From IMG/VR virus record IMGVR_UViG_3300028805_000078, positions 1 through 64,000 of that record: a stretch of 64,000 nucleotides of DNA; one strand, given 5' to 3'. The notes below the pieces were generated by a model. It was not told the origin of the DNA, ran no database searches, and saw nothing but the letters and a program-made list of their open reading frames with translations. Source of the DNA: a virus. Lineage: Duplodnaviria; Caudoviricetes. Shown here piece by piece: positions 9,707 through 17,859 of this stretch (positions are counted from its first letter, which is position 1; each line of letters opens with the position of its first letter). The translations under genes were made by a program, and so were the position numbers.

Positions 9707-10001
9707 TTCACAATCTGAATAAGTAGACATGCCTCTTCTGCGGCGGCCACAGCCTCCAGACTCACTCTTCAGCTCATCCTTTCAGGTCATTACAGGTGTT
9801 GTTCCACCCAGATGACCGGTTAGATTGGGCTGCCGCGTGGCAAAAGTAGTCTCGTACTTTATGTCGTCTGGCTTGCTGGTAAACCTTTGAGGTGTTGCTG
9901 GCCGATCTTCCCGTCGGACTCTTTCCCTCCGTTGTCTCGCCACCTTCGATCTTCAGCTTTTAACTTGAAGAGCAGTTAATTGGACTGCTGAGCATTGTGA
10001 A
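9707..10001 (-). ncRNA. retron-like msr/msd ncRNA, copy A (upstream of RT)
   Basis: Terminal inverted repeat TTCACAAT/ATTGTGAA (9707-9714 and 9994-10001), candidate branching G at 9993, two msr-like hairpins; ends just before the RT RBS. Confidence 0.75.
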
Positions 10002-10280
10002 AACTGTTATCCTTTTGTTCTTTATTTAACCCATCTGAAAACTCGCTTGGTTGCTAGAGTTTTCCTCTACTTTTCCCGGCAAGCGGGAAAAGGTATGCTG
10101 TTTGTACCGAACTTCGGGTAATACCACAAAGTAAAGCTTTCGCTTTAAGCATGGGTTTTGTTAGGCTTCGGCTTCGTATAAACCACTCCGACGAAGCTTT
10201 CTTAGACCTTCCGCCTCGTTTGTATCGCCCTGACGGCCCGGGCTTTTATTCAATACGCGTATTTCAGCGTTATGAATCGT

Positions 10281-10961
10281 TTAGAACGCGTCTATCGTAA
10301 AGTTGAACGCGTCTATAAAGATCGCCTTTTTAATTTCCGAAGTTTTGATAAAATTCACGAAGTTTGCAACACCTGAAGCTACGATAATTCGAACGGTCGG
10401 ACACACCGACAGCGTGATGTTGCATGCGCTGACGGGCGCGGCTTCCTTCGCTTCCTCGTGCGTGAAGTTCATCGATTTCAGGAAGTTTGAAATCATTTCC
10501 TGATCAGACCAGTCTGCCGCATAATGCTGTGCATCCGTAAGACCCATCCTGAAATCGAACATCGCCCTGATCGTATTGTTATAACGATTCTCTGTGGCTA
10601 TCTTGCGCCGCAGATCGATATTGTCTACACACAAGAATACATAACCGCTCAGACGCTCGTTAGTCCAGCCTTCCGGGAATAGACGGATGTCTATTTCGGC
10701 GGCAGGATTTATCCTGAGAATGTTTTCCTTTACGGCGTCCACCTTTGCCTTACCGAGATCTTCAGAAGTGAACATCTGGTTGGCGATATTGTGCGGTTCT
10801 ACCCTGTCGAAGTCATACAGACTGATCTTCGTAAATCCGAAGCGGGCGAGATTTTCCGCAAGCGTCGAACCGATCGCGCCGCAGCCGATAATGTGAATCC
10901 GTTCCCGCACGTTAGACGGGTCAAGAAACTCGCGGCTTTTACTCAAGTCGATTACAGTCAT
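10281..10961 (-). CDS. ThiF/E1-like ubiquitin-activating enzyme
   Basis: IIGCGAIGS nucleotide-binding loop, DFDRVEPHNIANQ, GKAKV, CVDN, and a candidate catalytic Cys in PVSAC. Confidence 0.9.
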   Translation of the reverse strand: MTVIDLSKSREFLDPSNVRERIHIIGCGAIGSTLAENLARFGFTKISLYDFDRVEPHNIANQMFTSEDLGKAKVDAVKENILRINPAAEIDIRLFPEGWTNERLSGYVFLCVDNIDLRRKIATENRYNNTIRAMFDFRMGLTDAQHYAADWSDQEMISNFLKSMNFTHEEAKEAAPVSACNITLSVCPTVRIIVASGVANFVNFIKTSEIKKAIFIDAFNFTIDAF

Positions 10962-10974
10962 TCACATCTCTCCT

Positions 10975-11799
10975 TTACAAGTCTTCTCCGCCGTACTTTT
11001 CCATAAATTCATCGTAGTAATCCGTGTAACTGTTGTATTTTCTCGCCTTTGCGCGCATATCTTTTACAGTCAGACCCGAAGCAGCGTTATTATACTGCGG
11101 AACTTTGTATTCCTGCTGATATGCGACGGGAGACTGATAATCCTTGTATCCGCTGTACTGCGAATAAGTATAAGTCTTCTGCCGCACGTTCTTCATTGAA
11201 TCGAAGAAATCTGCACAGGATTTCGGAAACAGCACCTGTACATCACCGTTTTCGTAGTGAACATTTGCCGCGAGATCGAAGATTTCACAGGTGTATTTCA
11301 TCTCCTTGTTGATAATCATGAAGATGAAGAAATCGTCACCCGACAGATCTTTCAGTTTCTCATCCCTGTCACTGATATCCGTCTCGGACGGAGACGGCGC
11401 AAAGTTGACGTGACTGTGTCCGTGGAAGCGCTTTGCGTTGAACACTTCGTCAGACAGGCTGTCATACCATTTACCGAGTTCTTTTTCGTCTGTCGTAACG
11501 GTCACGCCGGTCACTTCCTGCGGATAAACGATTATGTCGTAAACTTCGAAGCCGTCATCTGTGCGCTTCGCAAGACCGTACCAGCCAACTTCGCCGCTGA
11601 ACCCATCGATCAGCGCACGCGTTTTATAGTAGGCAGTTTCAGTCAAAACGAGCTTCGTCTTCTGTTTGGCAACGGCTTTCAGCTCCGCCTTATAATCGAC
11701 GGAGCCGTTCACACTCTTCAGTTTCGACAGTTTTTCACGAAATTCCTTTACAGCAAGCTCTATAATTTCTGCTGTCAGCTTAATCGGCTTTGCCATCAT
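10975..11799 (-). CDS. JAB/MPN+ metallopeptidase (deconjugase-like)
   Basis: EVGW plus the JAMM motif HGHSHVNFAPSPSETD. Confidence 0.85.
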   Translation of the reverse strand: MMAKPIKLTAEIIELAVKEFREKLSKLKSVNGSVDYKAELKAVAKQKTKLVLTETAYYKTRALIDGFSGEVGWYGLAKRTDDGFEVYDIIVYPQEVTGVTVTTDEKELGKWYDSLSDEVFNAKRFHGHSHVNFAPSPSETDISDRDEKLKDLSGDDFFIFMIINKEMKYTCEIFDLAANVHYENGDVQVLFPKSCADFFDSMKNVRQKTYTYSQYSGYKDYQSPVAYQQEYKVPQYNNAASGLTVKDMRAKARKYNSYTDYYDEFMEKYGGEDL

Positions 11800-13187
11800 T
11801 CTGCCTCCTTCTCTTTCTTGAGCAGTTCAAGCGCTTCTTTCGGCGTAACGGCTTTTCCTTCGTCCGTAATAATACATTTCTTTGGTGTATTAAACAGTGT
11901 GCTCAAGAAACGCTGTACGGTTACACTTTCGCAGATATTCATGCTGCTCACCGAAGCCATGCATAAATCGAGCGCGCCTACGACATCGAATTCGCGCATT
12001 TTGTCGTTAATAAGCGGCAGATAGTTGCCGAGACACGCGAAATTATCAAGGTGCGGATTCGGGATATAGTTATCATACTTCGGACCAAAGTAGAAGTGCT
12101 CTTCCGTATTGACGCTGTTTGCGCCAAGCTTATAATAGCCGCATACGCGAACTTTATACTTTGCTTTCTGACTGAACAGCGCGTCAAGAAGGAGCTTTCT
12201 GTTTTCTTTGTCTGCGAAACATTCAAGCGAGCCGTAAACTCTTTCATTCAGGAAAGAACTCTCATTACGTATGTATTCATCATACGTATCCGCATCAACC
12301 TGCGTAAGATATCCTTTGCAGACAGCCTTCAGGATTCCGCGATCTACGCCGATGATCTCGACGTTACGGTTTGAGAGGAGGTAATCACTGAGCTCGCCTT
12401 CGTTAATCGCAGTTGTTCCGGCGATCAGACCGTTCAGACGGATATTTTCTTCGCTGAGTTTCCTGCACCAGTCCATATATGTCTTGGCCGCTGCGTTTAC
12501 GGAGTTCTGTGCATTCTGTACGCACACACGCTGACTCTGTATAATATTGTCGCGCATGCACTCGCGTATCGTCTTTACGAAGCCGCGGATCATCGTTTCT
12601 TCGTATTCGGGCTTGGCAAAGTATTCTGCGATATACGTGTTGATCCTGTTTACGGAACCGTTGGAGACAGTGAAAGCTTTCAGGAATTCAGTCTCTTCCG
12701 GCGTCGTTCTCGGACTGTCTTTAAACAGATGCGGCGCATACCGGGGAATAAGCAACGTAAGCAGATGATACATACGGATTGATTCCTGATTCGTAAACAC
12801 GACAAAATGCTTTGTCTCTTCGTTTACGAAGAATCTGGCCGTACGTATAAAGCTGTCCGTAAAGACCTGAAGGTCTTTCTTTTCAGTCCATTTGTCTTTG
12901 TTAGACGTTTGGGCAAGGATCTCATCGATCTTATCGAAACACGTCGCCATGAACAAAACTGAAAGATCTTGCGAGTCCAGAAGAGAAGCAGTATAATCGA
13001 GCGGATCCCTTGAAGCGATACGTGTAATTATTGCATAGAAATCTTCTTCTGCGCGATCTTTCAGCAACATTCGCAGCACGATACCCATGCTGCAGTCAAA
13101 TACGTCGTTGAGCACATGAATCTTTGGAAATGCGCTTTCCTTAATGCTGTCATATACAGCAGGAAGCGTTATATCTTGTGTAAACAT
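11796..13187 (-). CDS. putative E2-like conjugating enzyme with a long N-terminal/coiled-coil extension
   Basis: C-terminal PNPHLDNFACLGN resembles the prokaryotic E2 active-site pattern (HPH/N...C-L-G); lies between the Ubl and JAB genes. Confidence 0.6.
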   Translation of the reverse strand: MFTQDITLPAVYDSIKESAFPKIHVLNDVFDCSMGIVLRMLLKDRAEEDFYAIITRIASRDPLDYTASLLDSQDLSVLFMATCFDKIDEILAQTSNKDKWTEKKDLQVFTDSFIRTARFFVNEETKHFVVFTNQESIRMYHLLTLLIPRYAPHLFKDSPRTTPEETEFLKAFTVSNGSVNRINTYIAEYFAKPEYEETMIRGFVKTIRECMRDNIIQSQRVCVQNAQNSVNAAAKTYMDWCRKLSEENIRLNGLIAGTTAINEGELSDYLLSNRNVEIIGVDRGILKAVCKGYLTQVDADTYDEYIRNESSFLNERVYGSLECFADKENRKLLLDALFSQKAKYKVRVCGYYKLGANSVNTEEHFYFGPKYDNYIPNPHLDNFACLGNYLPLINDKMREFDVVGALDLCMASVSSMNICESVTVQRFLSTLFNTPKKCIITDEGKAVTPKEALELLKKEKEAE

Positions 13188-13332
13188 GCTGCACTCCTTA
13201 TTATTTTATTTCAGATAAATACTGAAGACCGAAAAATGAAAGCTCTTTTTTTAATTTTCTTTTTTCAGTCTTCCGTATTCATATGAAAAAATTAGGGGTG
13301 CCACATTGTTATGTGACACCCCCGTAAACGGA

Positions 13333-13941
13333 TTACACGCGGGTGATCATCGTTTCGATCGCGGCCTTCGCAGCGAAGGTCTTCTCAAGCGCGGCTTCGA
13401 AGCCCTCTTCCAGCTTGCTGAGCTTGAAAGCGGCGGGACCCAGCTTGTCCATGAGATGCTCTTCGCGCTTCTCAATGGGCAGCTGCACAGTCACGGTAGC
13501 GGGATCCGCCTTGTTGTCGCCGAAGGAAATACCGAAAGCAGTCACACTGCCCTGGCCCTTCGTAGTGCCGACACGGAAGATCTCCGTCTTCTTGCCGTCC
13601 TCGTCTTCCTCGGTTAGCACAAGTGCCTTCGGGGCGTACTTCTCGAGAAGAGCGATCTGCTCGTAGGTAAAGGCGCTCTTGATGACAGCCGCGTCACCGA
13701 CCACCACGATAGAAGCGGCGTTGTCGGTCTTGGTGTTCACGTTCAGCACGGCAGATTCGGTCACGCCGAAATCGGCGAAGGTCTTGTCGAGCTCGTTGGC
13801 ACCGATAACAGTGCCGGACAGCGTGATGATGCCGCGGTCACACTCGATACCGGCCTGCTCAAAAGCGGCACGAAGGGAGGTGTTTTCGTCAAGGATGCTT
13901 TCCTTACGAGTCATCTGATTGCGAATGAAGATTTTTACCAT
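13333..13941 (-). CDS. putative ubiquitin-like (beta-grasp) domain protein with C-terminal extension
   Basis: First ~75 aa follow a Ubl pattern (VKIFI..TSLRAAFE..ITLSGTVI..ELDKTFADFGV..AVLNV.TKTDNA). Strong RBS and GC3-rich codons like the capsid gene. Confidence 0.65.
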   Translation of the reverse strand: MVKIFIRNQMTRKESILDENTSLRAAFEQAGIECDRGIITLSGTVIGANELDKTFADFGVTESAVLNVNTKTDNAASIVVVGDAAVIKSAFTYEQIALLEKYAPKALVLTEEDEDGKKTEIFRVGTTKGQGSVTAFGISFGDNKADPATVTVQLPIEKREEHLMDKLGPAAFKLSKLEEGFEAALEKTFAAKAAIETMITRV

Positions 13942-13986
13942 AGTCTTTCTCCTTTAAAATAGAATTTTTTATTATAAAGCTTGCGC

Positions 13987-14003
13987 TTTATTTCATTAGA
14001 GTT
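13987..14003 (-). promoter_or_regulatory. 17-bp motif AACTCTAATGAAATAAA, copy 1
   Basis: Exact copy at 17764-17780; intergenic, upstream of the Ubl gene and followed by a hairpin. Confidence 0.5.
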
Positions 14004-14181
14004 ATATTGAAAATTAGGGAAACCACAGGTCAACCCGCGCCGCAAGGCGCGCTATCCCTGTCATCTTCCTTTATTTGTCTGATTTTCCGAAGCTCTGTAC
14101 TTATTTTTTCCACGTCATAAGTAACAATTATCATACAGGCTAAGATAAATCCTACTACAATTGATGCCATTATCCGAATAA

Positions 14182-14538
14182 TTATTCCCCGTCACCTCCC
14201 TTAGGCAGCTCTGGTAGAGGCATCCAATAGGTAACGTCTTCGTCTGCAAGCCATTTAAACCCATCTGCATCACACGTTGACCACATTCCACCGAGGCTCT
14301 TTCTTCTTGGTCTGTCAAATGTCGCCTCTGTTACTTCATCACGGGCGACAACGAGGTAGTTATTATATTCGTTAGGCAATCTGTCCTTGACGTTCACCCA
14401 CTGCCGCTCTTTCAGTGCATCCTCGATTGTGTCCAATGCGTCCTCAATCATCTTTACTATCGCTGAACTAAATCCTGCTCGTTCGCAGGCGATTACAGCA
14501 TTTACGTTTAATGCTACAATTGCTTCTTTGACCGTCAT
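14182..14538 (-). CDS. DUF551-family phage protein
   Basis: WVNVKDRLP ... VTYWMPLPELP. Confidence 0.75.
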   Translation of the reverse strand: MTVKEAIVALNVNAVIACERAGFSSAIVKMIEDALDTIEDALKERQWVNVKDRLPNEYNNYLVVARDEVTEATFDRPRRKSLGGMWSTCDADGFKWLADEDVTYWMPLPELPKGGDGE

Positions 14539-14768
14539 CCTACTTCACAACCATTCATGCCATATTTACATTGACCGCTGCAATATTCACCTGTTATTTT
14601 GCAAAAAGGAATTCTATGCCCCATATCTTGCTCCCATTCTACATATTTGCAGTGTTCAATCTTCTGTTGTCTTGCTTTTCTGTCTGCAAGTACATCAGGC
14701 TGCAAATTATATAGTAAAGCGCGTGTTTGCGCGGCGAACATATTAGCTAAGGTTTCTGTATCAGTCAC
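14535..14768 (-). CDS. hypothetical protein
   Basis: ORF overlapping the next gene (ATGA); Cys-rich tail. Confidence 0.55.
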   Translation of the reverse strand: MTDTETLANMFAAQTRALLYNLQPDVLADRKARQQKIEHCKYVEWEQDMGHRIPFCKITGEYCSGQCKYGMNGCEVG

Positions 14769-14860
14769 ACCACTTCACCGCCTTTCTCTGCTTGTCGGTT
14801 GGCTTATTTGACCAATATTTGAAGCTTTAAGAAAATAACATAGCGTAGCTTCTAAACATT

Positions 14861-15211
14861 TCATGCGTTCAATATACTGTCAAGTTCTTCTTGCGTTACC
14901 GAGGTTGGTTTTGTAACGCCGTCCAGAATTTCATCGACGGTTATAACGAAATCGGCATTTGTATACTCCATGTTATGTGCCATGTTATGTGTCCAAAAAT
15001 ATCCGTCGTATTTTGTAACGATTAACGGATAATCGTTAGATTTTGTCACTCCGAATAGAAAGTCCTTTAAGCACATGCCAAACTTGTTCAGAAACGCTCT
15101 GTCTGGTATCATGTTGACTTCATGTCTCGATTGTACCACTATTCCGAGCCTTCCGTCACGCCAAAGCTCCTCTAAATTAATTTCTATATTGCTTTCTACA
15201 TTACTTTCCAT
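14861..15211 (-). CDS. hypothetical protein
   Basis: ORF directly downstream of the 30-bp promoter motif. Confidence 0.65.
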   Translation of the reverse strand: MESNVESNIEINLEELWRDGRLGIVVQSRHEVNMIPDRAFLNKFGMCLKDFLFGVTKSNDYPLIVTKYDGYFWTHNMAHNMEYTNADFVITVDEILDGVTKPTSVTQEELDSILNA

Positions 15212-15222
15212 TTTCTTTCTTT

Positions 15223-15252
15223 CCCTTATAAGTCATTAGTGAATGATTACAT
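15223..15252 (-). promoter_or_regulatory. putative phage RNAP promoter (30-bp motif), leftward copy
   Basis: Reverse complement ATGTAATCATTCACTAATGACTTATAAGGG matches four plus-strand copies. Confidence 0.75.
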
Positions 15253-15457
15253 TCTGAAGCGATTTGAATATCACGTTCAAGGTCTTCGTCCGTGTAGTCT
15301 TTATCGTTCAGAAGCGCTTCAAACAATTCGCCGTATCTGTAGTTGTTCGGATCATTCATCGTCGTGCCCCTTGTGTTTTACTTTTCTTGTATAACGTTTG
15401 GCGCTTTCGATCTTCTGCGTTACTGGATCCATGTTCCAGGTTTCTCGTTTGGCAGCG

Positions 15458-15763
15458 TCAAGTTTCTTGCGAGCTTTCTTGTTCATTTTGTCTTTCGGAA
15501 CAAACATCATTTGCCTCCTCACAAAACGTTTGTTTTATCAGGTTTACAAACTTATACAAGCTCTTGAGGTCAATATCAACAGGCCCGTCGTCACCGAGGA
15601 CGCTCCATATTACGCTTCCACCGCCGTCAGCGTTAAGCTGAGCCATGTAGTCACCGTTTATACCCATACGGATGATGATTGTATCGCATGGTTTATCTCC
15701 GAAATCAAAACGTCTAATTTCGTAAATGTATCCTCTTGGCAATTTATTCAAATCAAACGTCAT
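15458..15763 (-). CDS. hypothetical protein
   Basis: ORF with AAAGGA RBS. Confidence 0.55.
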   Translation of the reverse strand: MTFDLNKLPRGYIYEIRRFDFGDKPCDTIIIRMGINGDYMAQLNADGGGSVIWSVLGDDGPVDIDLKSLYKFVNLIKQTFCEEANDVCSERQNEQESSQET

Positions 15764-15791
15764 ATGCGCGTCCTTTCTGTTTCGTTCTCCT

Positions 15792-16127
15792 TTACCAGTT
15801 CAAAATTTCATCTAAAGCTATTTCAATTTTGGCTTGTTCTTCGGCATACATTCTTTCAACTTCATCACATGTAAATGAATTCTTTCTATAAGGCTCCCAA
15901 TAGTAGTTTGCTGTATCTGGTGCATATATACTTTTTCTTGCATATACTGTTTTGCCTTCCGTTATCTTAGCCATTTGTTCTTCGAAGAATTTTTGGTTTT
16001 TTGTTTTTAATCCCAACTGTTCCAACACTTCTTCTGGTAAAGCGTGAAATTCATCCGATGTTCCGCTGATTTCCGCATCGTCATTGAAGAACGCGGTTTT
16101 CAGATCATCAAAATTTATTATATCCAT
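15792..16127 (-). CDS. hypothetical protein, paralog of the adjacent gene
   Basis: ISGTSDEFHALPEEV vs ISGTADDFHSLPEKV. Confidence 0.65.
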   Translation of the reverse strand: MDIINFDDLKTAFFNDDAEISGTSDEFHALPEEVLEQLGLKTKNQKFFEEQMAKITEGKTVYARKSIYAPDTANYYWEPYRKNSFTCDEVERMYAEEQAKIEIALDEILNW

Positions 16128-16131
16128 ACTA

Positions 16132-16656
16132 TTACCCGTTCAAAATCAAATCGATGTTCGGCGGCTGTATATTGCCGTCTTGTTTATAAACGTCTAAAAT
16201 CTCCTGGCATGTCATTACCCGCATTCCTGGCTTATGCGGACTCCAGAAATAATCTGCGTTTTGATTTGGATGCAATTCACAAGAGGCATATATCACTTTA
16301 TCTTTTGTCACCGTTTTCAACGTATAAAACACATTATCGTCTGCTGTTAGCAGTCCAAAATCGTAGATTACTTTCTCAGGCAACGAATGGAAATCATCTG
16401 CCGTGCCTGAAATATATAGTTCAACGTTTAAAAACGATTCTTTCAGGTTTGTATAATTATTCATATTCATACACTCTCCTTGCGAAGTGTCAACGATTGG
16501 TGTAAGTACGCTTAATTTACCAAACGTCCTTTTTTTATCTCCGAAAAACACTTCAACCGATGTATTTGGTTTAATATCGCTTACCGTGCCAACGCCGTAA
16601 AATTTATGGTATACTTGCTGCCCTTTGTAAAACAATTGCGTCGGATCAATATACAT
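16132..16656 (-). CDS. hypothetical protein with N-terminal Tudor/SH3-like domain
   Basis: Probable start ATG 16656 (MYIDP). GQQVYHKFYGVGTV resembles the PcrA/UvrD C-terminal Tudor-like domain. Confidence 0.6.
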   Translation of the reverse strand: MYIDPTQLFYKGQQVYHKFYGVGTVSDIKPNTSVEVFFGDKKRTFGKLSVLTPIVDTSQGECMNMNNYTNLKESFLNVELYISGTADDFHSLPEKVIYDFGLLTADDNVFYTLKTVTKDKVIYASCELHPNQNADYFWSPHKPGMRVMTCQEILDVYKQDGNIQPPNIDLILNG

Positions 16657-16685
16657 TATCGCATTCACTCTTCTTTCTGATGTTA

Positions 16686-16757
16686 TGCCGTCATTCGGAT
16701 GTGAACCGAAATCTCTGCCAGACTTTGAGACAGCATTCTTCGTTAAACTATGACGGC
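16686..16757 (-). tRNA. tRNA-like element / pseudo-tRNA with a 9-nt anticodon loop
   Basis: GCCGTCA/TGACGGC acceptor stem plus discriminator A, weak D stem, CTGTC/GGCAG stem with loop TCAAAGTCT, and T arm TTCGG-TTCACAT-CCGAA. Confidence 0.55.
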
Positions 16758-17244
16758 ATAAAGTACGTTGTTTTCTTACTCGGCACAACGTACAAAGCCT
16801 GCCCTACCGCGCTTCGATTGGGCTTGATCGTCGCGCACGGGAATCTTTTTGTCATCGCCTCCTTGAGGCCGCCCACTCAATATGACAATATGTCCGGTAA
16901 CCGCACTAATGTAACCCGGACTCCATTGACCTTACATAAATCTGTGACTTCACTTGGACGTATGCAGCCTCAATGTTTTACGGCTTCCCTTTCGTGCCGC
17001 GGTTGGTAATTTCCATACGTTGACCGGTTCGTATGGCACACTCGTCACTTTCGTGACTACAGGAAATCCGGTAACCGCATGGATGTAACCCGGATATTGT
17101 TTCTGCATTTCTTATTCAGGGGATCCTCCACCTGGCAGTCGGTTAATACCCAAGGCGTTGAACGGGTTGCATACGCGTTTTGCCGTTGCGCAAAGGGTAT
17201 TGGTTGCAGCTGTTTAAGGTACAACTGCAGAAACCTGTCACGCA

Positions 17245-17673
17245 TTAGAACGGCAGTTCGTCGTCGTCCGCAGCCATTACGGGAACTTCGGGAGCGTCCG
17301 CGGGAATAGCCTCGGGTGCTACGTCTGCTTCCTCGGCTTCTACAGGCTGGCCGTAGTGATCACAGAACTGCACCTGATTTACGTTGTCGAGCTTCAGGCG
17401 GGCGTTCCACGCACCGTTCGCACTCTGAAACGTATTCAGGCCGGCTTCGCCGGATACTGCAACCATCATGCCCTTACGACAATACTGCTTGCAGACGTCT
17501 CCGAGCCCACGCCACGCAGCAAAATCGAAGAATTCAGTCTTCTCGGTTCCGTTGCGAAGCTTCTTGTTGACGGCTACCGTATTGTTATATACGGCGGCTT
17601 CAGTTCCGTTAAAGTTGCGCTTAGCATACCTACCATCAGATACGAGTCTACCTACGATTACACAAACGTTCAT
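17245..17673 (-). CDS. ssb: single-stranded DNA-binding protein
   Basis: MNVCVIVGRLV ... KGMMVAVSGE ... acidic tail DDDELPF. Confidence 0.92.
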   Translation of the reverse strand: MNVCVIVGRLVSDGRYAKRNFNGTEAAVYNNTVAVNKKLRNGTEKTEFFDFAAWRGLGDVCKQYCRKGMMVAVSGEAGLNTFQSANGAWNARLKLDNVNQVQFCDHYGQPVEAEEADVAPEAIPADAPEVPVMAADDDELPF

Positions 17674-17763
17674 AATATATCTCCTTTTTAATAAAAATAT
17701 AGCAATAGAAGTAGGATGACCTGTATTCGGTCATCCATAGGTTAACCCCCGCGCAAGCGGGGT

Positions 17764-17780
17764 TTTATTTCATTAGAGTT
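17764..17780 (-). promoter_or_regulatory. 17-bp motif AACTCTAATGAAATAAA, copy 2
   Basis: Identical to 13987-14003; upstream of ssb and followed by a GC hairpin. Confidence 0.5.
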
Positions 17781-17859
17781 CAGGTATATAGGGAGGCAGT
17801 CACCCGCAATCTCGCAGGATATAATTCTATACGTTCTGCCCCGCTAAAAAGCGCTAAAA

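Noticed and set aside
8104-10280. Diversity-generating retroelement interpretation of the RT and its flanking repeats
   Set aside because: The RT has PQG..ISP and YADD rather than DGR-type motifs. The two flanking elements share only short blocks, not a ~100-bp TR/VR pair differing at adenines, and I saw no VR in the tail genes within the window.
16657-16788. N-terminal extension of the 218-aa ORF
   Set aside because: It overlaps the tRNA-like element; the ATG at 16656 is the more plausible start.
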